DNA of 64,000 bases from Clostridiaceae bacterium (GTDB taxonomy: Bacteria > Bacillota > Clostridia > TANB77 > CAG-508): NCBI GenBank assembly GCA_021771025.1, contig JAETPW010000007.1:60744-124743 (forward strand), written 5' to 3'. Shown here in pieces: positions 38,655 through 47,230 of the stretch (position 1 is the first letter of the stretch; each line of letters begins with the position of its first letter). The position numbers were made by a program, and so were the translations under genes. A model generated the notes under the pieces. The model was not told where the DNA came from. It was given only the letters and a program-made list of their open reading frames with translations, and searched no databases.

Positions 38655-38735
38655 TATTCAATCTATGTAAGTTCTCAAAGTTTACCAATAGCAAGAAAGG
38701 GGGAATATGTTGGTTTTAAAAGCTAACATATGCTA
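38655..38735 (+). promoter_or_regulatory. leader element family L, copy 2
   Basis: TTCAATCTATGTAAGTTCTCAAAGTTTACCAATAGCAAGAAAGGGGGAATATGTTGGTTTTAAAAGCTAACATATGCTAG. The uORF MLVLKANIC stop overlaps the ATG of the M23 peptidase gene. Confidence 0.6.
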
Positions 38736-39977
38736 GAAACAATGCGTAAAATTTTATGTATCGTTTTCGCTTTTCTCATCTGTTTAGTCGCAACGTATGT
38801 ACAGGCAGAAGATATGAATACAACGAACACGAATCAAGGAGGAACAGATTTACAAACCAAGCAAAAAGAATTGCAAGATCAAATTAATCAGGCAAATGAT
38901 GAATTAAATCAAACGCAAAGTCAGCTTTCAGAAAATTTGCAACAAGTGCAAAAGTTAGATGAAAAAATTGCTGGATCTGAAACAGAACTGAGTGACTTAA
39001 CAGAAAAGATAGAAAACTTAAAAACGTCAATGAATAAGGTGCAGCAAGAATTAACGGAAGTAACAGAGCGTTATGAAAGGCAAAGACAAATTTTTGAACA
39101 ACGAATGGTAGCTATTTATGAGGCGGGAGATACTAATTATTTAGATATCCTTTTGCGTTCAAGAAGTGTTTCCGATTTTCTTTCTAGTTATTATGTTATT
39201 TCCGAAATAGCTGATTCAGATACAGAACTGTTAAATGATATAGCTGAAAAGAAAGACCAAATATCGCTTGCTAAACAAAAACTAGATAACGAAAAAACAG
39301 AGTTAGCACAAATGATTGAAACACAAAGTAGAACAGCTAAAATTTTGCAAAATACTAAGGTGATTCGTGAAAATTATATTGCTAAGTTATCAGAGGAAGA
39401 AAAAGCAAAACAGGCACAAATCGATGAATACAATCAAGCATTAGCACAAATCAATAGCCAAATTTTGCAATTAGCACAAGCAGGCATTGATACCCAATAC
39501 ATAGGAGGAGAATTAGCATGGCCAACACCAGGCTATACGAGAATTAGTTCTCCTTATGGAATGAGAGTACATCCGATTACTGGTGTTTATAAATTACATA
39601 CGGGAGTTGACATAGGAGCACCAATGGGAGCAAACTTTGTAGCTGCTAACGAGGGAATTGTTGTAAAATCAGAATATAATGTAGCTTACGGTAAAATGGT
39701 ACTGATTGACCATGGAGGAGGAATTTCCACCTTATATGCTCATGGATCTGAATTTTTAGTACAAGTAGGAGATTCAGTGACAAGAGGACAAGCCGTATTA
39801 AAGGTAGGATCTACTGGATATTCAACAGGTGCACATGCTCACTTTGAAGTAAGAAAAAATGGTTCACCAGTAAATCCAATGCCATACATTACGAATGGAA
39901 TAGTACCAAATTCAGAGCAAGATGCACAAGGAAATACTACTGCTACTAAAGAAGAAATACAAAATACAACCAATTAA
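38730..39977 (+). CDS. M23 family metallopeptidase with N-terminal coiled-coil domain (EnvC/FtsEX-partner-like)
   Basis: Long coiled coil followed by an M23 LytM domain (HTGVDIGAP...HAHFEV). Confidence 0.8.
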   Translation: MLETMRKILCIVFAFLICLVATYVQAEDMNTTNTNQGGTDLQTKQKELQDQINQANDELNQTQSQLSENLQQVQKLDEKIAGSETELSDLTEKIENLKTSMNKVQQELTEVTERYERQRQIFEQRMVAIYEAGDTNYLDILLRSRSVSDFLSSYYVISEIADSDTELLNDIAEKKDQISLAKQKLDNEKTELAQMIETQSRTAKILQNTKVIRENYIAKLSEEEKAKQAQIDEYNQALAQINSQILQLAQAGIDTQYIGGELAWPTPGYTRISSPYGMRVHPITGVYKLHTGVDIGAPMGANFVAANEGIVVKSEYNVAYGKMVLIDHGGGISTLYAHGSEFLVQVGDSVTRGQAVLKVGSTGYSTGAHAHFEVRKNGSPVNPMPYITNGIVPNSEQDAQGNTTATKEEIQNTTN

Positions 39978-40157
39978 CCAAAACAAAAGAAAAGCGAAAA
40001 ACGAAGAAAAAATTGGTATAATTTCTTATAGGATGTTTTTCTGCCATGCGGAGAAACATCCACTAAAAGAAAAAACGGGCGAAGAAAATTCGCCTATCAA
40101 AATACTAACTAAAATTACCAAAAAGTGGAGATTTTAGTAAAAAGTAGGAGGAAACTG

Positions 40158-41396
40158 ATGAAAAAGATAGGAATGAAATTAATCGGAATTGTATTAATGG
40201 GGATTATCTCTTTTCATGCAACTGGGGTATTGGCGATAACAGAAAATGAGTTAAATAGTCAAAAACAGCAAAATAATCAAAAGATGAACGAAGTAAAAGA
40301 AAAAGAAAAAGAAGTACAAAATATCAAAGATGAAACAGTAAGAGAAGTTGAAAAGTTGACTACGCAAATTGGTGAATATCAAAGTCAAATTAATGGATTA
40401 AATACACAAATAGAGGAAGCTAATCAAAAAATAGCCGATGCTACGGAAAAATTGACAAAAGCACAAGAAGACTATAAAAAACAAGAGGAAATTTTAAATG
40501 AGAGAATGGTTGCTTTGTATGAAGCAGGCGAAACTTCTTATTTAGATGTTTTATTATCTTCACAAAGTGTAACAGATTTCATTTCTAGTTATTATTTAAT
40601 TTCAGAAGTAGCAGAATGTGATTTAGCGTTATTAGAAAAAATAGACAAACAAAAACAGGAAATTGAAAAAGCTAAAAATGATTTGGAAAATAGCAAAAAC
40701 GAATTAACTAGTGCCAAAAATGAAAAGCAAAAAGTAGCTAATGATTTGCAAAGTGTTAAACAAGAAAAAGACTCTTATGTAGGTAAACTATCAGAAGAGC
40801 AAAAGAAATTACAACAACAAATTGATGAATTACAAAAAGACAATGTATCCATTGACCAAAAGATCAAACAAAAGCAAGCAGAGGCAAAAAAGAAATTAGA
40901 AGAAGAACAAAAAAAGCAAAATAGTCAATCTGGAAATAGTGGAGGTTCTTCTAACACTAGTGGAGGAGGAAGTTCATCTACTCAAAAAAATCCTTCAGGT
41001 TTTATTTATCCAGTGCCATCTGCTTATGCCAAAATAACGACAGGTTGGTATTATTCTGATGGAAGACTACACGGAGCATCAGACTTTGGAACTGGTGGAA
41101 TTGCCGGTCAACCAGTGTATGCAGTTGCTGATGGAGTAGTTGTTACTACAGAACGATTGACAACTAGTTATGGAAATTACATTATTATTATGCATAACAA
41201 TGGACTATATACGTTATATGCCCATGGACAAGCAGGATCTATTGCAGTTTCAGAAAATCAATACGTAAAACAGGGACAACAAATCATGAGGGTAGGAAAT
41301 ACAGGAAACTCTTTTGGAGCACATTTACATTTTGAAGTAAGAACTAGCCCCGGATTATATCAGAATCGTGTAAATCCAGTTAATTATTTACCATAG
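40158..41396 (+). CDS. M23 family metallopeptidase with coiled-coil domain (paralog)
   Basis: Same architecture; HGASDFGTGG...HLHFEVR. Confidence 0.8.
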   Translation: MKKIGMKLIGIVLMGIISFHATGVLAITENELNSQKQQNNQKMNEVKEKEKEVQNIKDETVREVEKLTTQIGEYQSQINGLNTQIEEANQKIADATEKLTKAQEDYKKQEEILNERMVALYEAGETSYLDVLLSSQSVTDFISSYYLISEVAECDLALLEKIDKQKQEIEKAKNDLENSKNELTSAKNEKQKVANDLQSVKQEKDSYVGKLSEEQKKLQQQIDELQKDNVSIDQKIKQKQAEAKKKLEEEQKKQNSQSGNSGGSSNTSGGGSSSTQKNPSGFIYPVPSAYAKITTGWYYSDGRLHGASDFGTGGIAGQPVYAVADGVVVTTERLTTSYGNYIIIMHNNGLYTLYAHGQAGSIAVSENQYVKQGQQIMRVGNTGNSFGAHLHFEVRTSPGLYQNRVNPVNYLP

Positions 41397-41627
41397 GTAT
41401 GAAACAAAAATAAATACATAAGATAGAAATAAGAGGGGCGGAAATGAAGAATATCCGCCCGAAATTTATGTAATCATTGCTAAACACGAGAAAAACGAAA
41501 AGAAAATGCACTAATCGATAAAAATGATAAGATATACAAGGAATTTATTGTTAATTGGTTTATAGGTTAATCCTTAGAAAAACCTAAATCTGTTTGACAA
41601 GGAGATCATAGGCTAAAAGAACTACCT

Positions 41628-42848
41628 ATGTTAGGAAATATGGAAAAAAAGAAAAGCTATCAATTGTATAAAACCATCATGATGATTGCCTTAACAGCAT
41701 TCATTACATTTATGTTAACAACGATTGCAGGCTATACCTACATCACTAAAGGGGAGGGGAAAATTGCCTTTCTTAATACAGAAGAATCTAGTGATATTGA
41801 TACGGCATTGAATAAATATAAGACCATCATTGATCAATATTATTTAGGAGAAATAGATGAAGAAAAGTTAAAAGAAGGAGCCATTAAAGGCTATATTGAA
41901 GGGCTTGATGATCCTTATACCCAATATATATCCAAGGAAGATATGGAACAATATATGCAAGATATCCTAGGAAATTATGTAGGAATTGGTATTTATATGG
42001 TAAAAGATGCTAAAACCGGAAAAATCAAAGTAGTATCACCCATAAAAGGATCGCCAGCTGCTAAAGCAGGAATTTTACCGGGAGACATCATTGTTTCTGT
42101 TGATGGAAATGACTATTCATCAGAAGAGGCTGATACTATTTCAAATAAAATAAAAGGTGAGGCAGGTACAACAGTAAAATTACAGTTATTAAGAGGCACG
42201 CAAACACTTGATTTAGAAGTAAAAAGAGAAAGTATTACGGTAAATCCAGTAGAAGGAAAAATGCTAGAAAACCAAATTGGTTATATCGAATTTTCATCCT
42301 TTGATGAAAATACAGCAGAAGATTTTAAGAAAGAATATGAACAATTAGCCAAACAAAACCTAAAATCATTAATTATCGATTTACGAAATAATGGAGGAGG
42401 TTTAGTTTCTCAAGCACTAAAAATTGCCGATTATATGACTGACAAAGGATCTGTATTATTATATGAAGTAGACAAAAATGGTAAAGAAGAAGTAAAAAAA
42501 GCAGAAAATAATCCAATCATTCAAATTCCTATTATTATCTTAACCAATGAAAATACAGCAAGTGCATCAGAAATTTTAGCTGGTAGCTTAAAAGATTTAG
42601 GAAAAGCGAAAATTGTAGGAACAAAATCATACGGAAAAGGGGTTATTCAAGAAGTTCTTACTCTAAAAGATGGAAGTGGACTAAAAATTACCACAGAGGA
42701 ATACCAAACGCCGAACCGTAATAAAATCAATAAAGTAGGAATAGAGCCAGATGAAATGGTAGAATTACCAGATACAGTTACCAATGTTTTAGATGTACCA
42801 CAAGACCAAGATACTCAGTTAAAAAAAGCAATAGAAATGCTCAAATAA
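41628..42848 (+). CDS. ctpA: carboxy-terminal processing protease (S41) with PDZ domain
   Basis: PDZ region (GSPAAKAGILPGDIIVSVDG) and the S41 catalytic region (NENTASASEILAG...GTKSYGKG). Confidence 0.85.
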   Translation: MLGNMEKKKSYQLYKTIMMIALTAFITFMLTTIAGYTYITKGEGKIAFLNTEESSDIDTALNKYKTIIDQYYLGEIDEEKLKEGAIKGYIEGLDDPYTQYISKEDMEQYMQDILGNYVGIGIYMVKDAKTGKIKVVSPIKGSPAAKAGILPGDIIVSVDGNDYSSEEADTISNKIKGEAGTTVKLQLLRGTQTLDLEVKRESITVNPVEGKMLENQIGYIEFSSFDENTAEDFKKEYEQLAKQNLKSLIIDLRNNGGGLVSQALKIADYMTDKGSVLLYEVDKNGKEEVKKAENNPIIQIPIIILTNENTASASEILAGSLKDLGKAKIVGTKSYGKGVIQEVLTLKDGSGLKITTEEYQTPNRNKINKVGIEPDEMVELPDTVTNVLDVPQDQDTQLKKAIEMLK

Positions 42849-42941
42849 CAGACTTTTCTACTATCTCTATAAATCGTTTAGCTAGCAAAAAAAGAAATAA
42901 AGAAAAATCCAGTTCAAAAATTCAAAAAAGAGGTGTAGCAA

Positions 42942-43532
42942 ATGAATTTACCCAATAAATTAACAATTATTCGTATTATTTTAGTACCCGTTATGGTAAT
43001 CATACCGTTTTTTGGGTTAACCAATCAAGCTTTCGGTATTCCCTTAACGTGGTTATTAGTCGATTTAGTCTTTTTATTGGCTTCTATAACGGATAAATTA
43101 GATGGCTACCTAGCCAGAAGTAGAAATCAAGTAACTACCTTTGGCAAATTTTTAGATCCATTAGCCGATAAAATATTAGTATTGGCTGCTATGCTTATGT
43201 TAGTAGAAGTAGGAAGATTACCAGCATGGATTCCCATTATTGTTTTAGCTAGAGAATTTATGGTATCTGGCTATCGACTTATTGCCGTAGAAAAAGGGGG
43301 AAAAGTAATAGCTGCTTCAAAATGGGGAAAACTAAAAACGGTAACCCAAATGATAGCTATCATTTTAGCCTTTTTAGATATTCATGCGTTTGGGGCATGT
43401 TTTAGCGGACAGTTAATGGGAGGAGACTTTGTACTCAATTTAATTGTTACTATTTTAATGATCATACAAGTAATTGCTACAATTTTTTCCGGGTATGATT
43501 ACTTAAAAGGAGGAAAAGATTTATTAAAATAG
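42942..43532 (+). CDS. pgsA: CDP-diacylglycerol--glycerol-3-phosphate 3-phosphatidyltransferase
   Basis: CDP-alcohol phosphatidyltransferase motif DKLDGYLAR...G...DPLADK. Confidence 0.85.
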   Translation: MNLPNKLTIIRIILVPVMVIIPFFGLTNQAFGIPLTWLLVDLVFLLASITDKLDGYLARSRNQVTTFGKFLDPLADKILVLAAMLMLVEVGRLPAWIPIIVLAREFMVSGYRLIAVEKGGKVIAASKWGKLKTVTQMIAIILAFLDIHAFGACFSGQLMGGDFVLNLIVTILMIIQVIATIFSGYDYLKGGKDLLK

Positions 43533-43617
43533 CTTGACAAATTTTTATTTCTGCCGTAATATAGTAGAAGTATTTTAAAGGCAAACAAAACAATGCCACA
43601 GGAAGGAAGAGATAAAT

Positions 43618-44094
43618 ATGGAAGAAAAAGACGTTATCCTTACCCAAGAAGGATATGAAAAGTTAGAAGAAGAATTAAATTTATTAAAAACAGATAAAAG
43701 AGCAGAGATTGCAGAAAGAATTAAAGTTGCTTTAGGGTTTGGAGATCTATCCGAAAACTCAGAATACGATGAAGCAAAAACAGCACAAGCAGAAAATGAA
43801 AACCGTATTGCTGAATTAGAAAACAAAGTAAGACACGCCAAAATTATTGATGAAAAAGACATTGATACAGACACTGTTCAAATTGGAAACATTGTTAAAG
43901 TATTAGACATGGAATTTGACGAAAAAATCGACTATACCATTGTTGGTTCAACAGAAGTAAATTTGGCTGAAAACAAAATTTCTAACGAATCACCTTTAGG
44001 ATCAGCTTTATTAGGAGCAAAGAAAAATCATGTAGTAGAAGTAAAAGCACCAGCAGGAGTCATGAAATATAAAATTTTGGACATTACCAAATAA
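43618..44094 (+). CDS. greA: transcription elongation factor GreA
   Basis: [18 protein letters not shown]... and acidic finger residues DLSENSEYD. Confidence 0.9.
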   Translation: MEEKDVILTQEGYEKLEEELNLLKTDKRAEIAERIKVALGFGDLSENSEYDEAKTAQAENENRIAELENKVRHAKIIDEKDIDTDTVQIGNIVKVLDMEFDEKIDYTIVGSTEVNLAENKISNESPLGSALLGAKKNHVVEVKAPAGVMKYKILDITK

Positions 44095-44250
44095 GAAAAA
44101 ATAAGGGAAAAAAATTATTTTATCTTTTGAAAAGAAGGATGATTTTTAACTAAAGATAAAATAATTTTTTTCCAAAAAGTATTGACAAACAAATGAAAAA
44201 GCTTTATAATAACTACTGTTACCGAGGAAACTTAGTAACCAACTAAATAT

Positions 44251-44565
44251 GGGTAGGTGGCCGAGTGGCTAAAGGCGGCAGACTGTGGTCTTTGGTAAAA
44301 ACAAAACCTAAACTTGCAGCTCTTGTCAGTAATGATAAGATGAACACCGGGCTAATTCGGGGAACTCTAAGGGTAGAAATACTGATGACAATCCCGAGCT
44401 AGGAAGAAAACTTCCGAGTGTAGAGACTTTATACCTGGTATCTTCTAAGCAGAAGATAAAGAGAAAGTCCAGACTACAAACATGGTAAAATGGTAGTGAA
44501 AACTATAGTAGTAAGAAATCTGTTCTCATTTGAGTACGATGGTTCGAATCCATCCCTGCCCACCA
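44251..44565 (+). tRNA. tRNA-Tyr (GUA) gene interrupted by a group I intron in the anticodon loop
   Basis: Exon 1 (44251-44286) gives acceptor GGGUAGG, D-arm GCC-GAGUGGCUAAA-GGC, and anticodon stem GCAGA plus CUGU. Exon 2 (44516-44565) gives AAA, UCUGU, a long variable arm, T-arm GAUGG-UUCGAAU-CCAUC, CCUGCCC-A-CCA. The spliced anticodon loop is CUGUAAA. The exon sequence is very close to Bacillus tRNA-Tyr. Confidence 0.7.
44287..44515 (+). ncRNA. group I self-splicing intron (229 nt) within tRNA-Tyr
   Basis: The upstream exon ends in U and the intron ends in G (omega-G). P-, Q-, R- and S-like elements are present (AATTCGGGGAAC, AATCCCGAGC, TCCAGACTACA, AAACTATAGTAG), and GCAG 30 nt inside the intron can pair with the exon end CUGU. 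Confidence 0.65.
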
Positions 44566-44595
44566 AAAATACAAGGAAACTTGTATTTTATTTTT
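44562..44595 (+). repeat. 34-bp direct repeat (att-like), left copy; also the tRNA terminator hairpin
   Basis: Identical to 49076-49109. Confidence 0.8.
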
Positions 44596-44638
44596 CTATT
44601 ACACACGAACAAAGGTTCTAAATAAAAAGGGGAAGAAT

Positions 44639-45019
44639 ATGAATTTTGCTACTAATAAAGAAAAGGGAAATTCAGGATTAGGCATAGCCATTGCCTATTT
44701 TTCGACGAATGGATATACTGTTTCCATACCGTTAAACGACACTCAAGATTATGATTTGATTGTAGAGAAAGACGGGAAATTGAAAACGATACAAATAAAA
44801 GCAACTGGATGTAAAACTAAATGGGGAAATTATCAAGTAGCTTTAAAAAGTTGTGGTGGAACAAAGGGGAAAAGTTATAAGACAGTCATTGAGACGAGAG
44901 TAGATGAATTATTTATCGTAAATGATAGGCAAGAGATGTACCTAATTCCCATTAATGATATTAAGAATAAATCAACTTTAACCTTATGTTCAAAGTATGA
45001 TAAATATAGAGTTTACTAA
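44639..45019 (+). CDS. small PD-(D/E)xK-fold nuclease-like protein (YraN/Hjc-like pattern)
   Basis: GNSGLGIAIAYFSTNGYTVSIPLNDTQDYDLIVEKDGKLKTIQIKAT follows the G-GE-A--L---GY-I....GEIDLI....L-FVEVK template of UPF0102-type nucleases. Confidence 0.4.
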   Translation: MNFATNKEKGNSGLGIAIAYFSTNGYTVSIPLNDTQDYDLIVEKDGKLKTIQIKATGCKTKWGNYQVALKSCGGTKGKSYKTVIETRVDELFIVNDRQEMYLIPINDIKNKSTLTLCSKYDKYRVY

Positions 45020-45183
45020 TATTTCTGTGCTTTAAATTTTGTAGTAAATTTAAAATTGGTTTAAATAAGTCTCTAATAGAAAAATGCAAGATATGCAGTT
45101 ACTCATTTCTGTAAGTAATTGTTTTTTTTGTAATTTTGTGATATAAAATTGGTAAAATAAAAATTTATACGAGGAGAAAAGTA

Positions 45184-45733
45184 AATGGATAATTATTTTA
45201 TAATACATGGAAGCTTTGGAAGCCCGTTGTAAATTGGTTTAGTTGGTTACAAGATTTTATATCATGTGATGGAAAACAAGTATATGTACCACAATTTCCA
45301 ATAGGAGTAGGTTATCAAAATTATGGAAATTGGAGTAAACTACTTAAATACTATTTAGATTTAGGTTTAATCAATAAAAATACAACAATAATCGGTCATA
45401 GTATTGCACCAGTATTTATATCAAGATTTTTAATTGAAAATGAAGTAAAGGTCAAAAAATTAATATTTGTATGTGGATTTAACAATTATTTAGGAATAGA
45501 CGAAGAATATGATACAGTAAATAAAACAATGTATTTTGATAATTTGAAAGATGTAAAGAAATATGCAAATGAAATTATTTGTTTCTATTCAGAAATGATC
45601 CATATGTAAAATACGAAGTAGAAAGAGAATTTGCAGACAAGATTCGGGGCAGAGCAAGTTCTATTACCTAATGCAGGACACATAAATAGCGAAAGTGGAT
45701 ATGACACATTTGAAGACATAGCAAATTATATTT
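45184..45733 (+). pseudogene. YdeN/RBBP9-like serine hydrolase, disrupted by frameshifts
   Basis: MDNYFIIHGSFGSP, then stop. Other frames give NWFSWLQDFISCDGKQVYVPQFP...IIGHSIAPVFISRF...ICFYSE and then a frameshifted C-terminus. The ORF track shows nothing of 60 aa or more here. Confidence 0.5.
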
Positions 45734-45746
45734 AAAGAGGTAAAAA

Positions 45747-46095
45747 ATGAAAATAGTAAAATTTAGTGATGCACAAACAGTAAAAAATAGTCATACAAGT
45801 AAATTATTAGAATATTCGATAGATTTAAATGATAAAGATATTGATTTTTGTATAAATACAATTAGTGGTCAATATCCAGAAAAAGGATATTGCACTAATG
45901 AAAGATGCAAAGAAATCTGTTATATACTAGAGGGAAAGGGAACTCTTAATAAAAGAGATGAAAGTATTAATTTTGAAAAAGGTGTGTATTTTAATAGAAA
46001 AAGAAGAAATTTACTATTGGAATGGAAATTGCGAAATAATTATGATATGCACTCCTGCTTGGTATAAAGAACAATGTAAGTTATTAGATTTATAG
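45747..46095 (+). pseudogene. cupin-domain protein with probable C-terminal frameshift
   Basis: The ORF ends with FNRKRRNLLLEWKLRNNYDMHSCLV, whereas the +1 frame reads the cupin-typical EKEEIYYWNGNCEIIMICTPAWYKEQ. Confidence 0.4.
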
Positions 46096-46121
46096 AAAAA
46101 ATTTTAAAGGAGATAAATAAT

Positions 46122-47174
46122 ATGTCAAATCAATTTCAACTATTAGATGATCACTTTATAAAAATTGTAAAAGATATTGAAAAGGATATTTTAGATACAA
46201 GATATAATATCATTTCAAGGGCAAATAAAGAGGTGGTAAATTTTTATTTAAGACTTGGAAAAATAATTAGTGATAATGCTAAATATGGGAATAATTTTAT
46301 TAATAGATTATCAGTAGCATTAAAATTAGATTTTCCAGATGAGCAGGGATTTTCGGCTCGTAATCTAGCAAGAATGAGAAAAGTATATGAAGCATATAAA
46401 GATTTATCTAGTATTCCAAAAGAATTAGAAATAATATCATGGTCACAAAATTGTGTTTTAGTAGATAAAATTGAAGATATTGATAAAAGAGTTTGGTATG
46501 CTAAGCAAATTATTGAAAATGGTTGGTCTAAAACTGTATTAAGCCATCAAATTGATTTAGAATTATATGAAAGACAAGCATTACCAGATAAAATGACCAA
46601 TTTTAATGATAAGCTACCTATTGCACAAAGCGAATTTGCTAGAGATATGATAAAAGATCCATATATTTTTGAATTAGCTAACATAGGAAAAAGAGCAAAA
46701 GAAAGAGATATTGAAAAGGCAATGTTAGAAAGAATAAAGAATGTGTTGCTTGAATTAGGCAAAGGTTTTAGTTTTGTTGGAAATCAATATAAAATTTCAA
46801 CCAATGATAATGATTATTATATAGATTTATTATTTTATCACTTGGATTTAAGATGTTTTGTAGTTGTAGAATTAAAAAATACAGAGTTTAAACCTGAATA
46901 TGTTGGACAATTAGGATTTTATGTAACAGCAGTTGATGAAACTTTGAAAAAAGAAACAGACAATGAAACGATAGGATTATTACTTTGTGAAGATAAGGAT
47001 AAACTAACAGTTGAATGGTCTTTAAAAGGTGTAAATGCACCAATAGGAGTAGCTTCATATAAAGTGAAAAATGTTATTCCAAAAGAAATAATGGAGAAAT
47101 TACCAACGGAAGAAGAATTAAATTTATATATAAAAAAATTACCAAATGAGGAAATTGAAGGAGAAAGTGATTAG
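46122..47174 (+). CDS. DUF1016 (YhcG-like) protein with C-terminal PD-(D/E)xK nuclease domain
   Basis: YhcG-type N-terminal domain; C-terminal nuclease motif D-LLFYH...VVVELK. Paralog of the fragment at 1-279. Confidence 0.75.
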   Translation: MSNQFQLLDDHFIKIVKDIEKDILDTRYNIISRANKEVVNFYLRLGKIISDNAKYGNNFINRLSVALKLDFPDEQGFSARNLARMRKVYEAYKDLSSIPKELEIISWSQNCVLVDKIEDIDKRVWYAKQIIENGWSKTVLSHQIDLELYERQALPDKMTNFNDKLPIAQSEFARDMIKDPYIFELANIGKRAKERDIEKAMLERIKNVLLELGKGFSFVGNQYKISTNDNDYYIDLLFYHLDLRCFVVVELKNTEFKPEYVGQLGFYVTAVDETLKKETDNETIGLLLCEDKDKLTVEWSLKGVNAPIGVASYKVKNVIPKEIMEKLPTEEELNLYIKKLPNEEIEGESD

Positions 47175-47180
47175 TATTTT

Positions 47181-47206
47181 GAAATTTGCCACTGGTGGCA
47201 AATTTC
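47181..47206 (+). other. palindromic hairpin between the DUF1016 gene and the downstream gene
   Basis: GAAATTTGCCACTGGTGGCAAATTTC. A variant, GAAATTTGCCGCCAGTGGCAAAATTT, follows the next gene at 49042-49067. Confidence 0.6.
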
Positions 47207-47230
47207 ATATATAGATTGTATGAGGAAAAA

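Noticed and set aside
44251-44565. Interpretation of the 315-nt tRNA-like locus as a tmRNA (ssrA)
   Set aside because: The 5' part has a complete canonical D-arm and a 5' anticodon-stem strand, which tmRNA lacks. The insert has group I P/Q/R/S elements, U at -1 and a terminal G. No tag-peptide reading frame ending in ALAA-like codons is apparent.
47186-47230. TTG start at 47186 for the 616-aa ORF as given in the ORF track
   Set aside because: The upstream 15 codons lie inside the palindromic hairpin at 47181-47206. An ATG at 47231 with a GAGGA RBS 5 nt upstream is a more plausible start.
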